DNA of 64,000 nucleotides from Nageia nagi (taxonomy: Eukaryota > Plantae > Pinophyta), in contig JBITNC010000001.1 of NCBI GenBank assembly GCA_050084985.1, positions 153,202,001 through 153,266,000 of the forward strand, written 5' to 3'. Position numbers and translations under genes: made by a program. Positions 11,197-26,667 of this stretch are shown piece by piece. Positions within the stretch are counted from its first letter, which is position 1, and every line of letters starts with the position of its first letter. Under the pieces are notes generated by a model. That model was not told where the DNA came from. It did not search any database and saw only the letters and a list, made by a program, of their open reading frames with translations.

Positions 11197-13199
11197 ATTC
11201 TATTATCAGGATATATACAAATTAGAGGATTTTATGGTTGAGTGGAATGCAAAATCATAGTTACAAGCAAGTACCTTTTCTTCCTTTACAAAAATAATTA
11301 GAAAAGTGGTTCTTAATGTAATTGAAAAATTTCAAGAAGTTGATTATTTTATGGATAGGATATGGTAAAGCCCAATCAATCAATTCAATTCATGGAGATG
11401 GAAGCTTCAAAACATTTTTGTGCAAGTTTTTAGACTTTTTTTTGAAGTGGATAACAAAGAAAAGAGAATTTAAAACATACTTTTTTATTCTAAAAATTAA
11501 GTGGGACAAGAACTTATTATAGTTATAATGAAGAACACAATCTTGGATGTAAAATGTTTATGAGTGGATACATAGTACATTCAATACTTATGCCATCAAA
11601 TTTACATTGTAGGACTAGGTGTTGTGGGAAGCAAGTAAAGAAAGATTTTGTAATGGACCTAGGAAATGTTTTTTAGAAAACCTTCTATAGATATTCAAAT
11701 GATATTTGATTGAGAAAGGGGCTACTTTGGATGCTACTTCCTACTTGTTGGGGCGAGACTCCTAGGGGTAGGAGGAATATGATGGGAAAAAAGATTAACT
11801 AAATCGATATGGGGTAAATTAAGGGTAAAGCATGGAGAAGATGCAATGGTTGGAAAAGGGAATTTATATGAATGGGATAGGATCATTTTGTAATATTTGA
11901 CATAATGAGAGCAACACATAATGATGAAGAAAGAAGAAGCAACTAGTTCAAACATAAGTTCATACATACTAAGAAGAGTTTATGATAATAAATTACAAGA
12001 GAAATGATAAAAGGATAAAGAAAGGAAGGACCTACTATAGAGATAGATAGAAATAGAGTACTAAGATCATTGTTAGACTAGACTCGAAAGAGGATACAAT
12101 AGAAGTTAAAGAATATGTATATGACTATATAGAAAGTGAGTAGCATATTGTAGTAGGAGTGAATAAAGTAAGATGGACCTTGAATTGTAGAAGAACCAAA
12201 ACATCATCAAGCAGATACTGACTAATGAAATACCACCAGTAACTATAGTGGTGAACATTAAGGGAGATAATACTATAAAAGGATTTGTAGTTGTAGAAAA
12301 ATATACAAACAAGTATGAGGATAACTCATTTAGGTTAATTGTTAGTTCACCAAAGAATCTAGAAGCACTCCTTTCAAATCAATTCTATAGGATACTAGAT
12401 AATATGATTCAACCTCTTATTGACCAATTGAATGAGATCATAAACATGGATATTGAATACCTAGTAATAAAACTCATAATAGAGGAACCTATATAAACAA
12501 AGATTGAAAACCAAGAACTAGATAAAATCGAACCTAAAGCTTAGTATCATGAAGATCAGATAAGAGAACTTTATATTAGTTAACTAATGCTACTTCTTGA
12601 TGGATTAGGAGAGTAACAGGATCACTCACCATTGATTTATCAATATTGTTCTTGCTTATGTCCCTTACCACTCAATATCAAAGAATACCATAGGAAGATG
12701 AGTTAGAAATAGATCATACAACTTTACCTAGCCCCATAATAGAGGAAATAATAGAAACCACCAAATGAAAAGCAAATGAGGTAGCCCCAAAAAATATGAG
12801 ATGAGAAATAGTACCTTTTACCCCATAACAAACAATAATATGACCCCTACTAGCTCAATAAATTAGAAGAGATGATAGACTGAATACTTATTCCCCCATA
12901 ACTTTTCCCTTCCCCTCACACTGTTAAATGAATTAGACATTTTAAGAAGTTTTTTCACTACATTTAAGAAATCCCAAATATAATAATAACCCTTAATTCC
13001 CATTATGGAGGAAATAATAGAACCTCTATTTAAGGATATAATCAAATTTATAGGTGAAAAGTGTTTTGATATACAAATACAAAGGGACCAACCTAGGACA
13101 TTTAATAGACACCATCAACATTAGATACTAAACCCTCCACCTAACAAACCCAAACAATAGAACCATTGACCCAAACAACATAACCAATAAAAAATGGTT

Positions 13200-16100
13200 G
13201 CCTCTACTAAATTACCTATTTTTGAAAAAAGATACCCATGATGCAATGAAGCACTTATTTATACTAGAGAATGATTAGATAAGATTATGAGTTATAGATG
13301 AGAGAACATTCATTAGTAAATTTGTATCCATGCTACATGATGAAATATTAAAATGGTATATTAAATTCATAGATCATCCCCAAGGAAAAATGATAAATAT
13401 ATGGAATGAAATAAAAGCAACCTTTGAAGTCAAATACCATTTCCTAGAGGTCAAACTAGAAAGTGTAAGTAAAATATGAGATTTAATCATGGGACCCAAA
13501 GAAATAGTATAAGAATAGGAAAAAAGATTTAAATTCACTCAAAGGAGACTTCAAGAACCAATGATCAAAAAATAGAATGTAGAATGGTTCATCTTTGGGA
13601 TACGATTAGGGTTTAAAAGAGCATTGAAGAAAATATATTGAATATACCTTGACATCCTATAGGTAGTGATCAAGATAGAGTTACAACCATGAAGAGGGAA
13701 TAGTGTTAATTATGATTTTTCTAATCAAATAATAAAACTAATAGAATAAATTGGCAAATTATTAACATAAGGAAACTCTATAATACCTTCACAGTGGTAA
13801 AACAATTGATGTCAACTATGCACTAAAGAAGGACATATGGAAAATGAATGCCCAATACTTTGAAAATTTGACTAGGAATATTACCAACACTATTGAATTT
13901 TAGACATCCATAATATAAAATATTACCCATTAATAAATGTTTGAAATAATGGCATAGATATAAAAACAAGTTATTGAACTTGTAAATCCTAGAATCACTA
14001 GACCCATAAATATTGAGGCAAAGATTTTTTAAATGATATCAAGGAAGACTTACAAATGAACCCATGAGCATTCATAGCATAGAAATAATAAGTACCAAAG
14101 TTCCAAGCCATCAAACAAACACCAATATCATTTATCGATGAGTCAAAATTTACATATATTACTTTTGTCACTTATACCCAACAAAGAATAGCCATGAGAG
14201 TAATATAATGCACCTAATGATCAATATGAAAACCAAGAAAGTGTACATGATATAGGATTTGGATATAGTGGAGGATATCAAGGTGGTAGAGGAGGTCATC
14301 GACCATAATGCTTTAACTATGGTGACTTTTCCCATTGATAAGATGATTATCCACATTCCTAAGAATTTTTAAGGTGTTAGTTTTATTAGATGATGAACGA
14401 TCATAGTTTCATAAATTACACTAAACTATTTTAGGTCATGTAGGCTAGGATGTCAAAAATTAATAATAATAACATTAATAATAGTTTGAATGCAAAGGTT
14501 GCTCAATGAGTACCATTCTCTACTAATTCTAGAGCTACCCTAGCCAAAAAATTTCTTTGGATAACCTAATACACTCAACTCCAATTCTAATAGGACATAT
14601 CACTTTAGGTGCACCATTGGTATGTATAATTACTAGGTTAAGAGAAAAGAAAATAGGCTTAACCAAATTGATAGTCCAATAAATTATCCCAAAACCAAAA
14701 TATTCAAATCCCAAACAACATATTGATGTCATATGAACTACTCAACAAATCATCGAAACATTATAGAAGTAGGATTACCATGTCACTCTACCACAATCAT
14801 CCTTACAACAATTAATAAAAGAAGAAAATACTCTGCTAAAAAGGTTTAGCAAACTTGTCAAACAAGAAGACCTCTTACCAAATCTCACACAAATATCCAA
14901 GTATTGAACAAGAAATACACAAAAAAGGGGCATGTAAAGCACTAAAAAATTAGAAAAAGAGATCTATCTTGATTAAAGTGGAAATGAATGGTAAGCTTGC
15001 AAAGAATATCATTCTCAATATAGGAGTTGATATAAACCTCTTACCTACTAAAACATGGAATAAACTAGGTTATCCCCTACTAGAACTAGTCCAATACAAC
15101 ATTTCACTAGTGGATGGCTCTTTAGTTCAATCCTTGAGATTGCTACATGATATACTATTTTCCTTTTTATTGTACACCTCTCTAGATACATTTGACATAA
15201 TCAATATGGTTGATATAGAAAATCTAGAATACACCATTTTACTCAACTTAGAATGGTTTGTATATAAAATGGAATCATAAACAACAAAATCCAAGGTTTG
15301 ATACTATCTAAGAATGATTATGAGGTGCACATTCCATTGAATAAAGGTATGAGCAAGGCATATAATGAAGAACCAAATCAAAGCAATAATAATGAAAGCA
15401 ATGATGGAATTGATTTTATGGACCTAAATGACCTATATACTTTGAATGTAAGAAATTAATTAGATGGGTTATGAGATGATATTAACCCTATAGATGATGG
15501 ATATTGACTTTCCATAGCAGTTCATTGGAGATTGACTTTGATACCATTGCAATTATGTAGAACATAGTTAACCATAAATTATATTTGAAAGGAATATTCC
15601 AAATCATGTTAGTACATCATGTGTGCAATATTTCAAAAGGAGTATATTGAGAAAAATATCAAATTTGATGATACTATAGAGATAGTTCCTCTACATGAAT
15701 TTTTAGAAGCCATGATCTGAACTTTCCCTATTAAGCATGACATAATCAACATAGTCAAAGACACCTTCATCAGAATAGCTAGAATATAATGGAGCACACA
15801 CTAAATAAATATATCAATATGGGATAAAGTAATTTACCACATATCATTACATTGTATTACTTCACATTCGATCATAAATACCATTGATAAGTATCTAGGC
15901 TATATTGACCCCATAAACCATATCATAGTCAGTGAGTTGGTTTGGAAAAATTCAACAAATCTTCAACCTAATATTTGGGTACAGATATTCCATTAGATAT
16001 TTTAGACTATTCCATGAGAATGGTACATACACCAAGAATTTTAAAGAGAAGCGATCGACTATGATGAGATGCAAGTAGCTTTCATTCACACATTTCAATT

Positions 16101-18000
16101 TCATGATGACCATACCTTAACACATAAAAGTTTATTACAAATCATAAAATTTCTATTCCAATATAGCCTAATCTATTCCAAAATAGCCCAACCTACCATA
16201 ACACCAACAATTATACATCCCTTTCCAATGGTTAAAAAAGTTGCCAAAAGGGTAAAAAAATAGACCTAGAGGAACTTAAAAAAAAATTGAAGAATTTGAA
16301 ATATGAAGTGGAGGAGGGTGAAAAAGAATTTATTACCAAAAAACAAATGAAATCACAATATGATGAAGAGATTAAAACTATAAAATTTAATATCATGATA
16401 AAATAAAAATAGAAAATGGCTATCATATTCTACTATTGGATAAAAGTTGAAGTAAATAAAATCATATAAATATTAGTAGAATATCAAGATCTCTTCCCAC
16501 ATAACATGATGGAACTATGAGGAATGAATGAAGAAATCAGAACCATGCAAATAGGATTAAAACCATACTACAAACCTAGGAAATAAAGACCATAATGATT
16601 TATCCAAATTATAAAACACAAGTAAAAGAAAATTTAGATCAAATGTTAGAAGCAAGAATCATATCACTTATAGATATTATTGAATGGATTAGCACCATTG
16701 TGATCCAACATAGAAAGACAAGTGATCTAAAGATTTATGTAGATTTTTGAGAACACAATAAAACCTATGAACATGCCCTATTTTTTGCCCCATTCATTGA
16801 GAAAACTATAGGAAATGTGGGTGGTAATGAATTATACTCCTTTATAGATGGATTCTCTAGATATCATCGGATCCAAATTACAAAGAAAGATTAAAAAAAA
16901 AAAAAATTATAATTGAAAGATTTAAACAAAAAAAAAATTATAATTGAGTGGGGATCTTTCATGTACAATGTTATGCCATTCAAACTTAATAATGCTCCAA
17001 TTATTTTTTCTTGAATTATGATCCAAGCCTTCAAAGACTTTATCCATGATTTCCTAGAGGTCTATTTATATGATTGGACATTATATGGCCTTATGAAAAA
17101 CCATGTCCAAACATTAAGATTAATATTTGAATGATGTAGATAACTTTGAATATCATTTAATATGAAAAAATACCTCTTTGATATGCCATATGGGGTATTT
17201 TTAGGGTATATAATTTGTAAAGAACATTCTATAGTAGACCCAACAAAAATTATAGTATTAGTGAACATACCCACACCCAAAACCATAAAAGAAATTAGAA
17301 GGTTTCTAGAATCAATGGGCTACTATAGTAAATTCATTAAAAATTACGTAGCTTTAGCCTCTCGTATCGATGACTTAACAAAGAAAAATTGATCATTTTA
17401 CTAGTCACAATAATTTTAAGAAAATTTCTATACATTGAAACTCAAATTTTTGAGAGCTCTAATATTAATATTTCCTAACTGGACTAAGGAATTCCATGTA
17501 CATGTATATGCAAGTATTCAAGCAATCATGTTCATATTAGCACAACTAGGGGAATATAAGATCAACCACTTAATTAACTTTACCAACCATAAAATGGCGG
17601 ATGCCAAAAAATAAACTATATTTTCATTGAATAAGAAGCACTAGCCATGGTCTATTCTCTTTTTCCTTATAGGTCATGAGGCCTTAAGATATCTCCTCAA
17701 TAAATTGGTTATATAAGGAAGGATTTGTTGGTGGCTATTACTATTTGAGGAGTTCACATTCAAAGTGGTTATAAAACTAGGTAACTTAAATGTAGTCCTT
17801 GATATGCTATCTAGAATAAATAATGGTTAAACATTAAGAATCGATGATGATTTACTAGGAGCTCATTTATTTCAGGTCAAAGCAGTGCCAAAATATTTAG
17901 CCAAAATAGTAGTATTTTTGATATCAAGATAATTTCTTGATGGATTATCTCTAAAGGAAAAAATGAAACTACTTATTAAAGCACTTCCCTACACTCTCAT
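13200..18000 (+). pseudogene. Decayed gag-pol of the Athila-like element (gag, CCHC knuckle, protease, RT, RNase H)
   Basis: CQLCTKEGHMENECP knuckle (~13810-13854); protease ORF 14969-15280 (IILNIGVDINLLP); RT motifs YSFIDGFSRYHRIQI, VMPFKLNNAP and EVYLYDWT; RNase H to ~17830. Confidence 0.85.
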
Positions 18001-18730
18001 TGTAGAACTCAAATTATGAATAATATGAATAAATGTAATTAAATAAATGATCTAGAATATACAATTGAATAAATAATATACACTATATCATATTATAATA
18101 TATATACATGGAACACATGAGCTTGATATGGAGTGTATACACAATCCTTAAGCAATATGTAGCAATGAGACTTCGAAGGATAAGGATCAGATTCGAGATG
18201 AACTCATGATAGATCTTCATGGGTATCAAGCAATGAGTTGACCATCAAAATATGGAACTCTCAATTTAGAGGGTGCATACTCCTATTGACATAGTAGTAG
18301 CACACTACTAACTACATGGAATGGGATGAATTATGTCATGCACTATAGATAGAAAGTCTAAAAATCAAAGTATAATAAATTCTCAAGATATATGGTGTCC
18401 AAAGATATCGTTACATTCGACAACCACCTACCAGAGTTATTATCATATCAAATAGTTTTGATATATGGATATAAACTTATTACACCTATTTATATAGCTT
18501 GCAAATACATAAATAAGAGTGAAAGCCAACCTCTTACAATAATATAATCATTGTTATATTTAAGATAGTTTAAAATAAGACCCATTATATATGATATAGC
18601 ATTTAATATAACACATGTCATTGCATTATAATATCCTTTTATTTTGAATTATATAATATTGAATTAAATCATTTAAGAATTCTAAATATGATTTATTAAA
18701 TAAATAATAAATCATTTTTAGGAGTCTACA
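18001..18730 (-). repeat. 3' LTR of the nested non-autonomous element
   Basis: Colinear with 25938-26667; 7 differences in the first 60 bp. Confidence 0.9.
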
Positions 18731-20899
18731 TTTTTCCTATCTTTGGATATGAAATGAAAAGCATTGAAATTGCATAATCGAAATAAGTCTAGAGAAGAGA
18801 AGAAAATATTAAATAGTAAAGTGGAATTCATTTTTTTTATTGATATGATAAGTATGATATATTATTTTCCCCTTTTTGGTCTTGTATTTCCCCTTGGTAA
18901 TGCTACTTCAGGTAGTCAAGCCAAATATCAAAGTCCCTATATGAGCAGAGTACTTTATGCAAATCCTACTCTCTTGGACAATACATGAAGAACAACCAAT
19001 ATAATACCCACATAGATCACATCCCATTAAATAATAATCAATTGAAAGAGAAATGATGAAATGAATTTAGTATCCATTATGTCACTATGGTCAATGTGAC
19101 TCATATTTATATGTAACCATAGCATATAGACTATTGTGATTGCAACTCATAGTCCATTACCATAAAGCTCATGAGGTCCTTTTTTATGCCCCAAGCTTGT
19201 AACATCCATGATTATCAAATTGATGATAACATTTGTTAACATAACATTGAATAATTTCTTTTGATTTCCATAAAAATATCAAGTATTCATTAGCCTTACA
19301 TTTCAACATTGCATATTGAATTAATTTTCAAAGTAAACCTATGCCATTGATAGCATGATATTCATATAATTTCTTTGATCATGTATTCTAAAATTTTGTT
19401 CATCATTTCCATTTTAGTACATATTTGTGAAGAAATGATATTTTAAAATAAATATTCAAATATTTTGTAACATGTCCCATTTACAATGAATTTGTAATAA
19501 ACATACACCATTGGCAATGTGAAAACATTCATATCAACTCTAAAACTTCAAATGATATGCTATTGAAAATCATAAATGATATTTTGTATCATAACAGTCA
19601 TGAAGTCACATCTCCATATAACAAAATATTTTCTTTAAAAGCAATAAATGTTCAATCTTTGACCCCATATACATTTTGTTTATGCAACAATAATACAATT
19701 GAGATATAAATATTTGTGATCCATTAACATTATGCTAGCATGATTGATATTTGAAAGAACCCATAATTTTATTTTATGCATACTGCTAAAGGCATGTGAA
19801 TGAATGAATTTATCCTCAAGAAAAAGAACACACCTAATTGGCATGGAAAAATGAATATTTAGCTTTTTACCATTCCAAAATCATGCATTTATGTAAAAAT
19901 GAAATATTTGAATGTTTATTTAAATAAAACTAATATTCATAATTTAAAATGTTACCTTTGTACTCATACAACATTCATGTTATGCATCTAGTTTGATTTA
20001 TCAAAACAAGAATTTAATCATAGCATTTAGAGCATTTTCCAATTTTATATAAAACATATCATTCACAACATCCATTTAATATTAACTAAATTTTAAAAAT
20101 GAAATGTATTCAATTTCCACACTAATACATAAAGTAAATTATGTGTTTTAATATTTTTACCATTCTTCATCATTAGGCATTAAATCGATCATCAATTTTA
20201 TGAGTTGGATGCCATCGATAGCATAGAAATTATAGTCATTTAAAATATTTTCTTACATTTTACACTCATGTTCAAGCAGCGAGGAAGCATAGAAGGTTAC
20301 ATTTTAGAAAGCCCTACATGGAGCTAGGGTTAGGGGGAAAAGTGAATAAAACAAACTTTTAGTAATTTTGTGGCTCTTTTGAGCTATCACATTCCTATTC
20401 ACTATTATGTCTAAGGTTCTCTGGTGTGTATGGTCCACTCTAGTGACTCTATTTGCTCCTTCTTGATCTTGTTGATATTTTTCCCCTGGTTATCCATTGA
20501 ATTTTTACTAAATTTCTTTTCCTCTAGCTAACTTCTCATTCAAATTTCTTTTCTATAATGGAGGATGATAGTTAGCATGGTGTACAAAGGCCTTTGACCA
20601 ATTAATGAGGTCATGTTGTGGAATACATATGAAGTCTATCTTTCAAGCATGTATTAAGTTCCCCTTATTTTCTTTCTTTTATCAAATTTGTTTAATTTTT
20701 ACTAATGTTACTTATGGTTTTAATTATTTCACACCATGTTTTATCCCTTTTGTGAACTATTTTGATTTATTTTTCACTTTAGTTTAGTTTTTGTGCTAAT
20801 TAATTTAAATTTTTATAATTACTAATTTTTGGTGATAAATTCATGCAAGATCATAAGGTTCTCATTAGGGGAGGATCCATGTCAATCACAGCCTTGGAG

Positions 20900-22590
20900 A
20901 AGGCCCATTCATGGTAGAGGATGAACCATGAGGATGACATCTTCATGTGTTTGGGATTGGCAGACCTAGCGATATCTAGGTATATCAAGTAGGACCTACC
21001 CCTTCTTACCTCCTTGGTTAAGAGGTGGGATCTATACTTTTACTCATTTCACCTACCCCTAGGTGAAATGAGTATCAAATTATTGGACATGTATAAGATT
21101 TGGGGTGTACCCATTTAGGTTTGACTTGTGCATCAAGTTGAGGTTTCAAATAATAGTGAGCAGGAGTAGCTCACCCTATGGATTATAGGGAAGGAGACCA
21201 TGATTGGAAGCACCAAGATTCCCATTTTATAAAGGAATATTATTTTGCATCACCTAGATGCCACTTGAGGTTATACATCACCTCAATTATTTCCACCTAT
21301 TTATGCTCAAATAAGAGCAACTCTTCTTTTGCTCTTGGCCTAATTTGGGTAGTATAGGATATTTGTGAATGAGGGACTCAATTTGTATTGGAGCCACTAG
21401 TGCTAATCCAATTACATGGATATTTATTTAATTTAATGAGTGTTGATAAGTTCAACATCATGATTGCACATGAAGGTATTCTTCAAATGTGGGCCTACAA
21501 GAAGATAGAGGGCATCTAGTTCATAGGTTTACATAGAACTAGAGATGACCTAGGGAACATCGTATTAATATGATAAGTGTTGAGGACATATTGATATTAG
21601 TATCCATAGAATTTAGAAGCTCAAAAGTGGGAGATATATGGTCTCTAGGTTGAGGATCTTATTTGTATGTCTTATGTTGAATTTGTGTGGGACAAGGATG
21701 CCCACTAGCTTGCCTAGGTAAGGAAAGAATGCTTTCTATAAACATGGAGGAAGCTAGTGGATTCATACCTACCACATTAGGTACTTAGATAATTTAGGAT
21801 TCCTCTAGGTCCAACCTACTATAAATGTTACATGATTGAGAGAGATGCTCTGGTAAGAGCATAAACTATACTAATGTGGAGGTTGACCTAGGAGGATCCC
21901 AAGGTACATGATGCAATGAAAGATATCTTTATGGCACCTAGGATCACTGGAAGAATTTTTTCATGGTAGGAGACTATGCATACAGTAACCTTAGGGTTGG
22001 ATGATGAGGATGATAATGCAGAAGCTGCATCTGAGGGATCTTCAAATGAGGACCCTCGCCAAGTTGATAACTTGATGCATGACATTCCCATGTAAGGGGT
22101 ACCTATAGCCCCAAGATTAGCTACATTATTGGAGACCATATCACTAAAAAACCTAGGTAACTATTTGACAGTTATATACTAGCATGTGTAAGTTTTTATA
22201 TGATAAAGAGACTAAAGTTTTTGAACATGCTTGCAGGAGAGAGAGATATATAGTTGGCAATCCTAGATGTGGATATCAAGAGGCTTAAGCCTTTTGAGAT
22301 TGAGGTAGCCATCCTACAGGCTATTATGGTAGCCAAGGATGCCTAAATAGACATAATGGAGCAATCCCTAAAGAGGCTATAGGAGCTAGTTGACATGTCC
22401 CCTTCGAATGAGCAGTGGGAATTCATCCAATTCCTGATGGATTGCATCAAGGAAAATGATGTGGCAATTTTAAGGCAAATGTATGGATGGGATAAGGCCC
22501 TTATATCCATACATAATATTAGCAATAGTGAGGTTTGGAAGGGGTTTCTTTTTCAGGTCTTAGTAGAAAGAGTAGGAGGACTAGGCTAGG
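20900..22590 (+). pseudogene. Antisense PMD-containing ORF remnant inside the nested LTR element
   Basis: DLPLLTSLVKRWDLYFYSFHLPLGEMSIKLLDMYKIWGVPI (20993-21115), later LQMWAYKKI (~21481) and EFVW (~21679), followed by an acidic/helical C-terminal remnant; multiple stops. Confidence 0.85.
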
Positions 22591-23099
22591 ACTAGTGAGG
22601 CTAAGAGTAGTGGTAGTAGTGCATGCCACTAATTTTATACCATGGACATGGATCCACAACTATATTATAAATTTATTAAGGTATAATATATATATTGATC
22701 CTTTTTGGCTCTAATTTGTGTTAATGTAAGATATTTTATGATATGTGAGTGGTTTATGTTTTCTTATATAGTTGTATATGTTATAATCTTACATGTGAAT
22801 TGAAAACTATAAATTTCAAAGTTGTAATCAATAAATCATTCACTTAACATCATCATATACAACACCATAATATAACTCAATCTATGTAAGTACATAACAT
22901 ACCCAATGCACATATCTAGCATAATCCAATGCATAAGATTTTGATCAATAACATAAGAATCTATACCAAAAATGAAACCAAGATCCCTTGGTATCAAATT
23001 AAAATAACATTGAACAAGTCCAATTTTTTTTTTAATTAACAATTGTAAAACTAGATTTTGACCTTTTTAAATAGACAACCATGCATTGAGGATTATGAA

Positions 23100-25880
23100 A
23101 ATACTATTCTTTGTAATTTAATTTTGAGAAATACATATCATTCACAATGTGATAACATGTGGTACGACATCAATGACATGATTTTTGAAGATTAAGAAAG
23201 AAAAAAATTATAGGATAGTTTTAATAAAGTTTTCTAAAAGACCAATAAAATAATGACCTGAGAAATACAACAATGAACCATACACATTTTCCCAACCAAG
23301 AAATAACCTATCTAGTATACACTACCATTTGGATTTTGTTTTATGCTTTAAAAAATAACTTTGCATACCTAGGATGGTTTTGTAACCTAGACACAATTTA
23401 TAGATGCAGATACAAAGAGAGGTTCCTTCATTAAGATGTATTTCATGCTATTGGCAATGTGCAAACAAGTGTGCACATCATTAGTGATATTCATTTCCTT
23501 TTCATGTTCACCACATTTTGATACTTCATTACTACAATACCTACTTGTTTGCTTCAGTTATCCATTGCATTCATTCTTTTTAGAAAAATAATAACTAATG
23601 CAATTTGAAGTACTTATCATACCAATGAAGCCTTTTGGTTACAAAGTTGGTAAATGATTTGTAAATATCTCCAACTATGTATTATCAAGGTGTATAGTCC
23701 CCTCATGATCATCCATCTGAATTGCTTTCTTATCAATGAAGTCCTAAATGATATTTCCTTAAATCATGCAATTTCTTGTTATGTGTGTTGGTTTCCTATG
23801 ATAATTACAAAAGTCTTCATACCTATAAAATTTAGGAACACCATTAGGAAAGTGATGTTGAACCATTAGTGAAAGCTCAATAAATTCTTTGTTTAACAAC
23901 ACATTGAGGATATTATCAATAGTATCAGTTAGCCTTATAAACTTTCTTTGTGGTCTATTATTTCTCTTATCAACATTAGTGGTTGTAACTTTTGGTTTCT
24001 TATCATATACCTGAGGTTTAGATTTCTTTTCATACCCTTGATAGTTTTGTTTCTTTTCATACTCTTAAGAGTTTTGAGAGTGTATGATATGAATTTTCTT
24101 TATACAATCTTATTTTTTAAACAAGATATCTATCATTGTAACTAATGTTAAATCATGATTAGAGATAACTAACAATTTATACATAAGTAATAAAGCATGT
24201 GCAAAAGTGTCCTTTAAATCTTGCTCAAGCATAGTAATCTTAGTTGTAGTTTGTTTGCATACTTTCACAAATTCAAACAAGAATTGGTTAGGTAATTGCT
24301 TAATTTTGTACAAATCTTTAAATTTAACTTTTTTTGCAATATTATATCTAAAGTATCTCAAAAAGTGATATATCAAATCTTTGTATTTATCAATACTCTT
24401 TTCATGAAGACTAAATTACCATTTCAATGCATCATCTTTTAAACTACATGAAAATATTTTTGTAATCATATCTTTATAATGAACATATTCCATAGTTTCC
24501 TCTTGAAATTTTCTAACATGCATTTTTGGATCTTGCAAAACAGCAAATTTTATAAATTTTAGTCTTTTTACTAACAAGCATTTTAGAATCAATTCTATCA
24601 GTCAATAGACATTTTAGAAAAAATAGGAAATCATCTTCATTATTATCAAGCAATTCTCTTTCTAATTTTTCAATTCTTTCATCAATTATTTTTCCATTAT
24701 GTTATACTACATGAGCTTGTTGTGGCTACTAAATTTGAACTATATGTATATTATCCTTCAAGGGTGGTGGAGGGGTTTTTGGTAGCACATTGCTAATTTG
24801 AGTGGAAGATTTATTTGCATCTTGAAGTTCTTTTTCTTTAAGTGGTAATAAATGGTCCTATTCTATTTACATTCTCATGTTCAAGCCTATTAACTAATTA
24901 TAAAATAAGCCATAATTATTGCTCATTAGTAGCTTCTTCAAAGAAATTAGTTTCTTGAGCATCAACAAGACCCTATTGTGTTCTTCTTATTACTAGTTAG
25001 GGTGATGTGTATAAGCACTCTCAATTACAGTACCAACTATTTTGTAACATCTACTACAACTTCTTCATTAATCAAAATACCCTTACCTTTCTTAGGAAGC
25101 ATACTCATATTATAATGATCAAGATTAAGAATTAGGTGTTCAAAATCATCATCATATTCCTTATCATCATCCTTGATTATCACCTCATTTAGGGGCTTTG
25201 TAAAATCTACTTCTACACTACTACTAATGTGTGTATAGGCTTGCACACTATTGGAAGTGTCCTGATTAATAATAGAGACCCTCCATTTTAAAGAACCTTC
25301 ATTTTCATAAGAGAATAAATTATCTACAAATTTCAAGGATGTAATATCTTCTTCTAATAATTCATAATTAATTAGAATATCAATAACATTTTCAACATTA
25401 TTAGCAAGATAATATTCTAAATTTTCTTTATTAGATAGTAATTCCTTTATGGATCTAACATGGTTAGGAATTATATCTAATTATTCAATTTTGGCATCAC
25501 CATCAGAAGAATCTCCATGGCTTCCCAAGCTTATATTTTCAAAATTATAATCATATATAGAAACATTAAGCTTATTAGGAGTTTGTCCAATAATGTCCAT
25601 ATTTTTTCTAAAACTTGTACATTTAGTATCATTATCTTCATCAATATCCATTCAATCATTAGGATTAGGCTCTTGTATGGGTAAATTAGGATTAACCCTA
25701 ACACTTCTCTTAATATCCTTAAAATTAACCTTACTCTTAGAAATATTAGATTATTCCTCATTTAGATCCATTTTTACAACATAGGTAGAACAAACACTAG
25801 TCTTATCATTTTTTCTAGCTATTAATCTAAGTACCTTACTTAAGGGAAGATATAATAATGAAAATGGATTCATGACTCTA
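23100..25880 (-). pseudogene. Decayed gag (Retrotrans_gag-like) and probable protease of the nested element
   Basis: KIFSCSLKDDALKW*FSL..SIDKYKDLIYHFLRYFRYNI..DLYKIKQLPNQ..EFV (~24110-24470) is a typical Ty3/gypsy capsid remnant; the protease call is weaker. Confidence 0.65.
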
Positions 25881-25937
25881 CAAAAAGAATATACTAGATC
25901 AAAATATAGGGTTATAGGAATATCAGTTTCACCAAAA

Positions 25938-26667
25938 TGTAGACCTCAAATTGTGAATAATATAAATAAATACAATTAAATAAATGATCCACAATATACA
26001 ACTGAATAAATAATATACACTATATCATATTAAAATAGATATACATAGAACACATGAACCTAATACAAAGTACATGTAAAATCCTTAAGCAATATGTAGC
26101 AATGAGACTTCATAGGATTGGGATCAGATTCAGGATGAACTCATGACATATATTCATGGATATGAAGTAATTATTCAAATAGCGAAATTTGGAACTCTTA
26201 ATCTAAAGGGTGCAGTCTGCTACTAGTTTAGGAGTAGCATGTCATTGACTATGTGGAATAGGATGAATTATGTCATGCACTATAGATAGAAAGTCTAGAG
26301 CTCAAAGTATAACAAATTCTCAATATAGGTGGTGTCCAAAGACACCATTATGGTCGACAACCACCTATAAAAGTTCATATCATATAAAAGAGTTCCAATC
26401 TATGGAGATCAACCTATTCCACCCATTTATATATCCTACAAAGACATATAAATGAGTGAATTCCAACCTCTTATAATAATATAATCATTATTATATTTAA
26501 GAGAGTTTAAAATAAGACCCATGATATATGATATAGCATTTAATATAACACATTGCATTGTATTATAATATCCTTTTATCTTGACATATGTAATATTATA
26601 TTAAATCATTTAAGAATTCTAAATATGATTTATTAAATAAATAATAATTTTTGTTTAGGCATCTACA
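25938..26667 (-). repeat. 5' LTR of the nested non-autonomous element
   Basis: Colinear with 18001-18730; TG...CA ends. Confidence 0.9.

Larger units (their letters stand above)
18001..26667 (-). mobile_element. Complete non-autonomous LTR retroelement (gag plus probable protease, no RT/RH/IN) carrying an antisense PMD ORF, nested in the Athila-like pol
   Basis: 730-bp LTRs at 18001-18730 and 25938-26667 (TGTAGA...TCTACA); TSD CTCAT/CTGAT; purine tract beside the left LTR on the minus strand and a TGG-starting decayed PBS beside the right LTR. Removing the element restores host frame PYTLILDELYEVGMDEVIR. Confidence 0.85.
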
